Shown one piece after another: positions 9,722-18,314 of a stretch of 64,000 bases of DNA. The notes under the pieces were generated by a model. That model saw only the letters and a list, made by a program, of their open reading frames with translations, was not told where the DNA came from and searched no databases. The position numbers and the translations under genes are program-made. Positions within the stretch are counted from its first letter, which is position 1. Every line of letters starts with the position of its first letter. The stretch is from an uncultured delta proteobacterium (GTDB lineage: Bacteria > Desulfobacterota > Syntrophia > Syntrophales > UBA2185): contig CAVOID010000011.1 in NCBI GenBank assembly GCA_963695875.1, positions 253,326 to 317,325 of the forward strand. The letters run 5' to 3'.

Positions 9722-11869
9722 GTGAATATTCCAACCAGTCTCATAAAAAAATTAGCGCTTGGTCTGATCGCCGGTGTAGTCGGGGCGTCTCTGGCGCTTC
9801 TTCTTTTCCTGCCGGGCTGGCTGGATGTCTGGGAGGCAAAGACCTGGGACTGGCGGGTTAATGCAATGGCGAAACCGGCAAAAACCACTGATAATATCCG
9901 CCTCATTCTTCTTGATCAAAACAGCCTGGATTGGGCCAAAGAAGAAAACGGTCTCTCCTGGCCCTGGCCTCGGGAAGTTTACAATGCGATCATCCAGTTC
10001 TGTAAGCGGAGCGGGGCCAAAGCACTGGCCTTCGATGTGCTCTTCACGGAGCCTTCCAAATACGGGGTGGATGATGATCGGGCTTTTGCTGCCGCGATTC
10101 ATGAATTTAAATATTTTGTCGGAGCCGCGGCCTTAAGTCAGACTGAGGGCAGTGCTGAGCGGTGGCCCGCTTTTGCCCGGGAGCCGGTATTCAAGATCCT
10201 TGGTTTCGACCAATGGCTGTCGGCTACAGGCGCAAGCGACATCGTTTTCTCCCGGGCCGCCTTTCCCATCCCGGAGATATCAGCCGGCGCCGGCATCCTG
10301 GCTGATGTTCACCTGAACCCGGACCGGGATACCGTCTATCGCCGGGCGGCCCTCTTCCATGTATTTGACGGCAGGGTACTGCCGTCGCTTGCCCTGGGAT
10401 GCTATATGGTTGTGCATGAGGACATCCCTCTGAAAATGACTACGCGATATTTTTCCATAGGTGACAGAGAGGTTCCGATCGATCACAAGGGCAATGCCAT
10501 TCTCAATTTCCGTGGGCCCGCGGGGACACATAAAACATACAGTGCCGCGTCCGTCATTCAGAGCGAACTTCGAATTCAGAAGGGAGAAAAGCCAACAATT
10601 ACCGACCCTGATGCCTTTAAGGATGCCTATGTATTTTTCGGTTTCTCCGCTCCCGGTTTGTATGATTTGCGCCCCACACCAGTATCTGGCGTTTATCCCG
10701 GCGTGGAGATCAACGCCACCATGCTTGATAACCTGCTGGCCAATGATTTTATAAGGCCCGTTCCCGCGGCCGTCGTCATCGTCATGACCCTGCTGATCGC
10801 CATCCTGGCAGGGCTTGCGACGTCTTCCGTATCCGGCATCTTCAAGAGTGCTTTGGTCTACGTCTTTTTTATCGCCGCGCCGGTTATCATTTGCCTGATT
10901 GCCTACCGTGAGGGGTTCTGGCTGCCGCTGGTCGTTCAGGAAACGGGTGTTGTTCTCACACTCTTCAGCGCCGGCCTCATTTATTATACCACGGAAGGCC
11001 GCCAGAAGATGTTCATCAAGAATGCTTTCAGGCAGTACCTGAGTCCGGCCGTCATCGAGGAACTCATTCAACATCCCGAACATCTGAAGCTGGGGGGTGA
11101 ACGACGAATGCTCTCCATCTTTTTTTCGGATCTGGAAGGATTTACCGGCATCTCCGAGGGGCTGGAACCGGAAGTGCTCACGGCCCTGCTGAACGATTAC
11201 CTCACAGCCATGACCGACATCATTCAGGAGGAAGGCGGCACCGTGGACAAATACGAAGGGGATGCGATTATCGCCTTCTGGAATGCCCCACTGCTGCAAC
11301 CGGATCATGCCCGTCGCTGTGTCCGCGCCGCCATGCGGTGCCAGAGCCGGTTGTCCGAGATGCGTCCCATGTTCCGGGAACGCATCGGTAGGGACTTGAA
11401 GATGCGTATCGGCATCAACAGCGGGCCGGCCATCGTCGGGAACATGGGCTCCCACAACCGGTTTGATTATACGATGATCGGTGATGCCGTCAATCTGGCG
11501 GCGCGTCTGGAAGGCATCAATAAGCAGTTCGGCACCTACACAATGATTTCGCAATCCACGATGGAACAGATGGATGGTGCCTTTCCCGTACGCGAGCTTT
11601 CAAGGGTTGCTGTCGTCGGCCGCAAGGAGCCGGTTGTCGTGTATGAACCCCTAATGCCGGAAGAAGTCGAGGGCCGGCAAAATCAGCTTGCCCGTTTTTC
11701 CGATGGCCTCACGCTATTTTACCGGGGTGATTTTCCGGGAGCGGAAGCCGTCTTTTCCGAGCTTGCCGATGCCGACCCGGTAGCGCGCGCCTACCTGACC
11801 AAATGCCGCAATCTGATCGACCAGCCGCCGGCAGACTGGCAGGGCGTCTGGGTGATCACAACAAAATAG
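9722..11869 (+). CDS. CHASE2-domain class III adenylyl cyclase
   Basis: WPWPR and FDVLF CHASE2 motifs, three TMs, FSDLEGFT, DKYEGDA, YTMIGDAVNLAARLE. Confidence 0.92.
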   Translation: MNIPTSLIKKLALGLIAGVVGASLALLLFLPGWLDVWEAKTWDWRVNAMAKPAKTTDNIRLILLDQNSLDWAKEENGLSWPWPREVYNAIIQFCKRSGAKALAFDVLFTEPSKYGVDDDRAFAAAIHEFKYFVGAAALSQTEGSAERWPAFAREPVFKILGFDQWLSATGASDIVFSRAAFPIPEISAGAGILADVHLNPDRDTVYRRAALFHVFDGRVLPSLALGCYMVVHEDIPLKMTTRYFSIGDREVPIDHKGNAILNFRGPAGTHKTYSAASVIQSELRIQKGEKPTITDPDAFKDAYVFFGFSAPGLYDLRPTPVSGVYPGVEINATMLDNLLANDFIRPVPAAVVIVMTLLIAILAGLATSSVSGIFKSALVYVFFIAAPVIICLIAYREGFWLPLVVQETGVVLTLFSAGLIYYTTEGRQKMFIKNAFRQYLSPAVIEELIQHPEHLKLGGERRMLSIFFSDLEGFTGISEGLEPEVLTALLNDYLTAMTDIIQEEGGTVDKYEGDAIIAFWNAPLLQPDHARRCVRAAMRCQSRLSEMRPMFRERIGRDLKMRIGINSGPAIVGNMGSHNRFDYTMIGDAVNLAARLEGINKQFGTYTMISQSTMEQMDGAFPVRELSRVAVVGRKEPVVVYEPLMPEEVEGRQNQLARFSDGLTLFYRGDFPGAEAVFSELADADPVARAYLTKCRNLIDQPPADWQGVWVITTK

Positions 11870-12378
11870 AATCGACTTCAATTATAATGGACTATTGCCA
11901 TCTGCTCAAGAACTGAGCCTGTGATACTTTTTCAGACCATGCGCAGCCGTATGATTTTTGGACGCATCTTGCCGTAATGTTATTTTCCTGATTCAGCCTG
12001 TCCATACGACATTTCGAAAGGTCATGAATAAGCTAACTAACTGTAATAAAAAGAGGCTCTTTTTTTATTCATTCTTTTAATAAATCTCATATATTTTTTT
12101 GAAATATAGTGTATAACTTTTCAGAGACCAGATGGAAGGCGATGAAATCAGGACATATTTTCTATATACTTGAAATTATTATATATATTAGTGCTTATAT
12201 TTTGTGCAATCAGGTGGAAATTCAGATCAGATAAGCGACTGTGATATTTGTCAACATAGTTATCAACAAGCCTATCCACACTAAAGTTAATATCTTAATC
12301 CAAAGGATGTCAACTTGTACTCTTCAGGATTAGCCGGGGCATTTTTCAGAAGATGGTTGATGATGATAAAAAGGGAAA

Positions 12379-12948
12379 TTGGGCGTGAAATTCATTTCCT
12401 ATGACAGCATCGAAAAGATTGAGACTGAAACTGAAATAAGAAATGCAGATTCAGATACTATTCGCGATTTCAGCTTGACATGGGACCCGTATGTTGATGA
12501 AAAAATTTTGAGGGAAAAGGATAAAGATTTTAACTATCGTATTTTTGAATGGGATAGGATAATCCTTATGTCACTCAATATAAAATATGATGACAATTGT
12601 TTTGCGGCTTATACCGGCAAACGATTGGATGGTTTATTGTCTTTGCGGCATCAAAATAATTTTTATCTCGATTTTTTTGCCTCGGCTCCGTGGAATTACT
12701 ATGGTACTTCTGGTAGAATGAGGAGAATAGGGTCCGGTCTTGTTTATTTTACTATTAAAACAAGCCTGTCTTTAGGCTTGGATGGAGAATTTTTTCTTTA
12801 TGCAATCAAGGATGCAGAGAAATATTGCGAGACGATAGGGATGGTTCACACAGGTCATTTCAAATTTGGCCTGGAAAAGTATCACATGCTAAAAGATAAG
12901 GCAGCAATGTTTGAGAAGGGGTTCAGAAAGTACATTATTAATGCTTAG
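12379..12948 (+). CDS. GNAT-fold N-acetyltransferase, divergent and AT-rich
   Basis: YLDFFASAPWN...RRIGSGLV...SLSLGLDG...LYAIKDAEKYCETIGM matches a GNAT acetyl-CoA-binding core. Confidence 0.7.
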   Translation: MGVKFISYDSIEKIETETEIRNADSDTIRDFSLTWDPYVDEKILREKDKDFNYRIFEWDRIILMSLNIKYDDNCFAAYTGKRLDGLLSLRHQNNFYLDFFASAPWNYYGTSGRMRRIGSGLVYFTIKTSLSLGLDGEFFLYAIKDAEKYCETIGMVHTGHFKFGLEKYHMLKDKAAMFEKGFRKYIINA

Positions 12949-13043
12949 ATTATGTAGGGCAGCAGATGTAACAATCTGTTGTTCATGTCCATTCAGGCGT
13001 CATGGAGCCGTGAAAATTCTCCGCAGTCTAAGAAGCAAGCAGA

Positions 13044-13622
13044 TTGCGCCCGTCGAAAATGGAAACCACTAAAGTCAATCATCGATATCCTGTAGAACAT
13101 GAAAATTGGATTACCCTTCGGGATGGTTCTGCGGTCTTCCTTCGACCGATCAAGCCGACAGACGGCCCGCTGCTTCTTGATTTCTTTCAAAAACTTTCCC
13201 CGGAGACCATTTACTTTCGTTTCTTAACGCGTTTAAAAAGTCTGCACCCGGACCTTCTCAAACATTATGTGGAGATCGATTATGAAACGCATTTTGCCCT
13301 TACGGCTGTCATCGAAGAGGAGAAAGCAGAATCCATCATCGGTACATGCCGTTACATCATCAAAAATAAAGCAGATCATGCAGAGCTCACTATTGTGTTG
13401 AGAAATGACTGGCAGAGGAGGGGCTTGGGTAGAATCATGGCCAAAAGAGTGGTGGACATAGCCAAGTCAAAAGGAATATCCAGCATAGAAATACTTTTTG
13501 ATTACCGAAATGAAGGGATGATGCGACTTTTTGCTTCACTCGGATATCCTGTGAAATACGAACCATCCATTCTCGATATAGCCGACCGCATGGAGATTTT
13601 TCTCAAGGAAATTACAATTTAA
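13044..13622 (+). CDS. GNAT N-acetyltransferase (Pat/acetyl-CoA synthetase-type GNAT domain); start may be ATG 13059
   Basis: LRDGSAVFLRPIKPTD, LSPETIYFRF, WQRRGLG. Confidence 0.88.
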   Translation: MRPSKMETTKVNHRYPVEHENWITLRDGSAVFLRPIKPTDGPLLLDFFQKLSPETIYFRFLTRLKSLHPDLLKHYVEIDYETHFALTAVIEEEKAESIIGTCRYIIKNKADHAELTIVLRNDWQRRGLGRIMAKRVVDIAKSKGISSIEILFDYRNEGMMRLFASLGYPVKYEPSILDIADRMEIFLKEITI

Positions 13623-13724
13623 TAAAACCTGAATCTTTACTTCCAGCGGATGAATACTGTGATTCGATCCTTCCTGAAAGAGAGATTTCTTATCCGGCAA
13701 GCTTCGTCCCATGGGCGACGGGTG

Positions 13725-14435
13725 TCACATTGCATTTTTTCTCAATTTTTTTTTGTCCTTTTCCACGCTGAGGGGTGATTTTTTTTCCGACACCGAATAT
13801 GTCCGATGAAACTTCTGAAATCCTTTTTTGTCATAAGCCCTTCTATCGATCAAATATTCACCTTTGAAAGTGTCTAAATATTTTGCCTGTCCATTGTCAT
13901 AATAGGTTTTACAAATTTCATTTACAGGTTCAGACTCACTTAATGGTTCATTATCCCATTTGCACTCCCAGGCTAAAGACCCATCCTGATAATTTCCTTT
14001 TACCGCGCCGTTCAGGATCGCCTCTGATGATTTCTCTTTGAATCCGCTTCCGAAAGAAAACTCATAAGTTATCTGCTTTTTTATATTCTGATCCCATGTT
14101 AGATCACCCATCGGGTATTTTTCATATCTCTTTTCATAGATTTTGATCGAAGCCGGTATCTCCGCGTCAGAACGAATGATACGATCCTTGGCACTATAAA
14201 AAACATTGACTGTCTCTTTCTTGGCAGGTGACCCACTGAACTTCTCCTTAAAATCGCTGGTTTTCTCTGCATAAGTGGTTTCGTAAACAACTTCCTTGGG
14301 ATGCTTATTAGAATGTCGGTTGATGATCTTTCTCGTTATTTGATGATCAGTAACTATATCCTTATGAAAGAATGATGAACCAATATAAAGGATAATAATA
14401 AACAGAATCAGAATATAAGGCCAATATTTATTCAT
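13725..14435 (-). CDS. Hypothetical membrane-anchored protein with MORN-variant-like motifs
   Basis: N-terminal TM; NGAVKGNYQDGSL and KTYYDNGQ. Confidence 0.6.
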   Translation of the reverse strand: MNKYWPYILILFIIILYIGSSFFHKDIVTDHQITRKIINRHSNKHPKEVVYETTYAEKTSDFKEKFSGSPAKKETVNVFYSAKDRIIRSDAEIPASIKIYEKRYEKYPMGDLTWDQNIKKQITYEFSFGSGFKEKSSEAILNGAVKGNYQDGSLAWECKWDNEPLSESEPVNEICKTYYDNGQAKYLDTFKGEYLIDRRAYDKKGFQKFHRTYSVSEKKSPLSVEKDKKKLRKNAM

Positions 14436-14766
14436 TTTTTCCTGTCCTCATTCAATGTTACCGAAAATTAGCAATTAGTCATCTTTGCCGAATCTTAAAT
14501 TGACGCATTTGGAGGAAAAAGTCTTCTCATTGCATATAAAGGATACGAAGTCCTCAAAGTCTAACCAATTGCCAGGTTCCCGGACACCCCTTTAGTGCCA
14601 CGGATTCTGCGGGCACGTCATAGGGATGACCTGATCTAAATTATCAAGTTCTGTCACGCATCATTTTGTATACCGTAGTGACAGTTTTGTCAATATGGCG
14701 GATATATCCCTTTAAGGATTCTTCCATTCATCTAATATAAACAGATATGATCTTGAGATAAATAGA

Positions 14767-15261
14767 TTACATCAGGTATGTCTGTAGTTCCTTATAGCTG
14801 TGTGAGGCGTCATCAGTGAAGGATGCTCCAACACGAATACTTTCTTTGGAATCAACAACTCTGCGCGGTTCACATGTCATATATATAGGCCTGTTATCAT
14901 TGGGCAGGGTGAAAACTACTTCAAATCTGGACTTTTGTGGAGCAACTGATATCTCATGTTTCGCATCTTTGGGAATTGTAATTTGTATGCCGCCAAGAGA
15001 AATATCCGTTATTACTGCCGTATCCAGCTTTGTTCCTCCGGGACTGTATTGTTTAATTAAAGCAGGGGCTAAAACGGCTTTTCTTCTATGATTACGTCTC
15101 TCGACATTTGTCTCCTTGATCATTTTTCGCATTTGTAAGTAATTGGTCAGTACAATTTCAATTATTGACGTTAGAGACCGTCTTTCATCTAAAGAAATTG
15201 TCACGAGGGATTCTTGGAGGTCTCTGTTCACACGAAAACATATAAGACTATCTTTTTTCAT
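14767..15261 (-). CDS. PilZ-domain protein with N-terminal ribbon-helix-helix-like segment
   Basis: RRNHR (RxxxR) and DISLGG (DxSxxG). N-terminus ICFRVNRDLQESL...ERRSLTSIIEIVLTNYL. SD GAGGTGA before ATG 15261. Confidence 0.85.
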   Translation of the reverse strand: MKKDSLICFRVNRDLQESLVTISLDERRSLTSIIEIVLTNYLQMRKMIKETNVERRNHRRKAVLAPALIKQYSPGGTKLDTAVITDISLGGIQITIPKDAKHEISVAPQKSRFEVVFTLPNDNRPIYMTCEPRRVVDSKESIRVGASFTDDASHSYKELQTYLM

Positions 15262-15432
15262 GATGATCACCTCATGCCTCAACATATGGTGTTATTTACA
15301 TTTTATTCCACAATATATTGTGACTGTCAAGAAAAAAGCTATTTTCGATCCGGAAGGACATGTTTGCACACCGGAGGCTGGGTCCAAAAATAGTAAGACA
15401 AAAGAATGTTTAAATCTATCCTGAACTGAACG

Positions 15433-15486
15433 TGACTGGGAGCAAATCCCGCAAGCCCGACCCTGCGGGTGGGGAGCTCCACTTTG
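15433..15486. mobile_element. Short palindromic element, family 2 (internally deleted copy)
   Basis: tgactgggagcaaatcccgcaagccc...ggggagctccactttg shares both ends with 53619-53730. Confidence 0.6.
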
Positions 15487-15500
15487 CAGACAGTAGTGAG

Positions 15501-15833
15501 TTACTTCAGCACTGTCCGAAGAGGACGAAGCGGCTCGGGCATAAACGGTGAGGGTCCCCAGACCTCGATGCGAAGATTTATGGCAAAAGTATTTTGCAAT
15601 GTATTGATGAGCGAATCCCACGGTTCACTTTGAGAAAACTTCGTCCAATCCTCCGGGTTCTTCCATACGCCGGTTACCAGTACTGCGGGACTTTCCTTCA
15701 TGTTACGGCCTGCTCGTATCTCAACAATCCCATCGGATTTGAGAGCGGGGACGATGGCTTTCTTTATCCAGTCGAAGTATGCCTTCTCGTCGATGCCCGG
15801 CATAAGGTCATAAGCAAGGTGGACTTCGATCAT
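15501..15833 (-). CDS. Antibiotic-biosynthesis-monooxygenase-like dimeric alpha/beta barrel protein
   Basis: MIEVHLAYDL...VLVTGVWKNPEDWTKF...WGPSP; SD GGAGGT before ATG 15833. Confidence 0.65.
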   Translation of the reverse strand: MIEVHLAYDLMPGIDEKAYFDWIKKAIVPALKSDGIVEIRAGRNMKESPAVLVTGVWKNPEDWTKFSQSEPWDSLINTLQNTFAINLRIEVWGPSPFMPEPLRPLRTVLK

Positions 15834-15963
15834 CGGTATCACCTCCCGGTAATTGAATGGATAACAGGCTGATTTTTCATGGATACAATACGAAGGAAGA
15901 CCGCTTGATGTCAAATCATTTTTAGACATTCTTTGTCATTCTTAAACTCATTAACCGTCCAAT

Positions 15964-16113
15964 TTGAATCCGGCAGCGGGCACAAACACATTCGCTTGAA
16001 TCCGGCAGCGAGCGCATTCCCCGTAGCTTACTGCGGCGTAAGCGAGCGAATGGGGAACAATATTATTCCTTGTGGATCGAAGATTCTCCGCAGTAAACCG
16101 CGGAGAGCTTCAA
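15964..16113. mobile_element. Short palindromic element, family 1 (full 118-nt copy 15996-16113 preceded by a partial copy)
   Basis: TTGAAtccggcagcgagcg, two GC hairpins, ends TTCAA; related copies at 30038, 41229, 60473, 62293. Confidence 0.7.
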
Positions 16114-16544
16114 TAACAGCAATGAAAAGCAGGAATTTGCATGAACGGTCACACTTCTTCTGGAATGTGTTTTTCATATTCCGCCTATTCATTAAACATT
16201 TCACTGCCGGTGGAAATAGTCAAAGGAGCTGCCGATATAGGCGGCATCCCTGAAATAAAACATCAGAACTTTCCATTAAAATATGATACAAATATAGAAG
16301 GAGGTCGCGAAAACGTTTCAAATCTTCAATTTCGATAAAAAGAAGAACATGATGCGGGGTGCAATGATCTGTGAATGTGCGGACCAATGCGATGAAAGTC
16401 ATGCAGATGAAGGAAAACAAAAGACCTTAGCATCGATCAATCTTTTCACATGGTCGTCGCCGTTCATTTCAAAGATCAATGATAGGAAGTAAATCTTGGA
16501 CTATCACAAAAAAAATTTCTAAGATGAAAAAGGAGTGAAACGAA

Positions 16545-16949
16545 ATGGTAAGATTTCCATCAGCGGAATGGGTAGAAAAATTTAAAGATGCCGTGAATAG
16601 CAGTAAAAGCTATGCGGAATCTGCAAAGACATGGGAAGGTGATTTCCTGTTCGAAATCAAGGCCGATGGCGCTCTAAAACAGGACTTCTTTATTTACATG
16701 GATCTGCACCACGGCGAATGCAGAAAAGCCCATGTTATAGAAAATCCCGCTTCGGTTAAAACAGAATTCGTATATTCAGGGATGTATTCGAGCTGGCTGA
16801 AGCTTATAAACAAGGAGATCGATCCGATAAAGGGGCTTATGACGGGTAAATTCAAGCTTACAGGCAACATGGCCAAGGTCATGAGGTATGTAAGAGCAGC
16901 CAAGGAACTAGTGAATTGCACAACGATGGTCGAAGCCGAGTATTTGTAG
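16545..16949 (+). CDS. SCP2 sterol/lipid-binding domain protein
   Basis: FPSAEW...DPIKGLMTGKFKLTGNM SCP2 signature; SD AAGGAG. Confidence 0.88.
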   Translation: MVRFPSAEWVEKFKDAVNSSKSYAESAKTWEGDFLFEIKADGALKQDFFIYMDLHHGECRKAHVIENPASVKTEFVYSGMYSSWLKLINKEIDPIKGLMTGKFKLTGNMAKVMRYVRAAKELVNCTTMVEAEYL

Positions 16950-16991
16950 TCCGGAGAATTCACTAGAAAGGAAAATTTGGGAGGAATATTG

Positions 16992-18158
16992 ATGTGGTGG
17001 TTCCGCTCTCCTGAGGTGCGCTTCGGGCAAGAAGCATTAGATTCGCTTTCCATGCTCGAAGGTAACCGGATATTCTTTGTTACGGATAAAAACATGGTTG
17101 AACTCGGTATACTGGATCTGGTTCTAAGCAAATTAGAAAGTGAAAAAATCATTTTCGAGAAGTTCGCCAATGTCGAACCGGAACCCACCCTGGAAACCGT
17201 TCTCGAAGGACTGGAAAAGGTCAAGGAATTCTCTCCTGACTGGATTATCGGACTAGGCGGCGGGTCATGTCTTGATGCGGCCAAGGCGATTTCGGTCCTT
17301 TATGAGAACCCGGAGATTGCGGCGGAGGATATCTCGCCGTTAAACCCGGCCATTCAATACCGAAAAAAGGCAAAGATGATCGCCATCCCTACGACAAGCG
17401 GTACTGGATCTGAAACGACTTGGGCGACTATCCTTACAAGCAAACAGGAACAGCGTAAATTATCTTTGGCCCATCCTTCGATAATCCCGGATATCGCTAT
17501 TGTGGACCCTCTGCTTGCAGTAGGTCTCCCGCCGAGATTAACCGCGGCTACTGGTTTCGATGCACTGGTCCATGCCATTGAAGCGTATTCATCTGATTGG
17601 AAGAATGATTTTTCAGACGGTCTGGCGCTGTATGCGATGAAACTTATCCTCGATAATATATCGACAGCCTGCAGCAACCCCGAGGATATCGTAACCAGGG
17701 AAAAAATGCATAATGCGGCATCGATCGCCGGACTGGCCTTTGGCAATTCACAGGCCGGGCTCATCCACGCGATCGGTCATACACTGGGCGCAGTCTTCAA
17801 AATACCGCACGGCGAATCGCTATCTATAGTTTTCCTTAACACCATTAAGTTCAACTCAAAGACCTGCCTGAACCTGTTCGCCGATATGGGCAGGTTTGTC
17901 GGAATTTTCAAGGAGGCCGATGCTGAGGTTTTCGACGAGTTCTTTTCGAAAATAGACAGGCTGCTGACAAGCCTCAAACTGCCAAAATCGCTTAAGGCTT
18001 TCGGGATATCTAAAGAAACTTTTGAAAGCAGCCTTGAACTTCTGATCGATAACACCGCCGCTGACCCATCGAGCGTCACTACGATCAGACCGCCAAGTAA
18101 TGACGAACTCAGGGAGCTGCTTGTGAACATCTATGAAGGAACAATTGCTGATATTTGA
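16992..18158 (+). CDS. Iron-containing alcohol dehydrogenase
   Basis: GGGSCLDAAK, PTTSGTGSE, DALVHAIE, HAIGH, PHG; SD GGAGGA before ATG 16992. Confidence 0.93.
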   Translation: MWWFRSPEVRFGQEALDSLSMLEGNRIFFVTDKNMVELGILDLVLSKLESEKIIFEKFANVEPEPTLETVLEGLEKVKEFSPDWIIGLGGGSCLDAAKAISVLYENPEIAAEDISPLNPAIQYRKKAKMIAIPTTSGTGSETTWATILTSKQEQRKLSLAHPSIIPDIAIVDPLLAVGLPPRLTAATGFDALVHAIEAYSSDWKNDFSDGLALYAMKLILDNISTACSNPEDIVTREKMHNAASIAGLAFGNSQAGLIHAIGHTLGAVFKIPHGESLSIVFLNTIKFNSKTCLNLFADMGRFVGIFKEADAEVFDEFFSKIDRLLTSLKLPKSLKAFGISKETFESSLELLIDNTAADPSSVTTIRPPSNDELRELLVNIYEGTIADI

Positions 18159-18314
18159 ATCGCGCTAATTCTTTGTCAAAAAATTAAAACCAACTGCTAT
18201 AATACAAAATAACACCATTCAGTAAACCGATGACACCGATATGACGTTAATAAATATATTCGGGTATTTCATTATATTTGGTGGATAAACAAAAATATCA
18301 GAGGGTGATAGATC

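Noticed and set aside
10280..11554. 424-aa antisense ORF inside the cyclase (likewise 18537-19640 in AOR and other shadow ORFs)
   Set aside because: Fully overlaps well-supported genes on the opposite strand and has no motifs; expected from codon bias
15933..16253. 106-aa ORF, and similar ORFs 30010-30222, 53382-53726, 59357-59677, 60506-60796
   Set aside because: They are translations through palindromic repeat elements, not credible proteins
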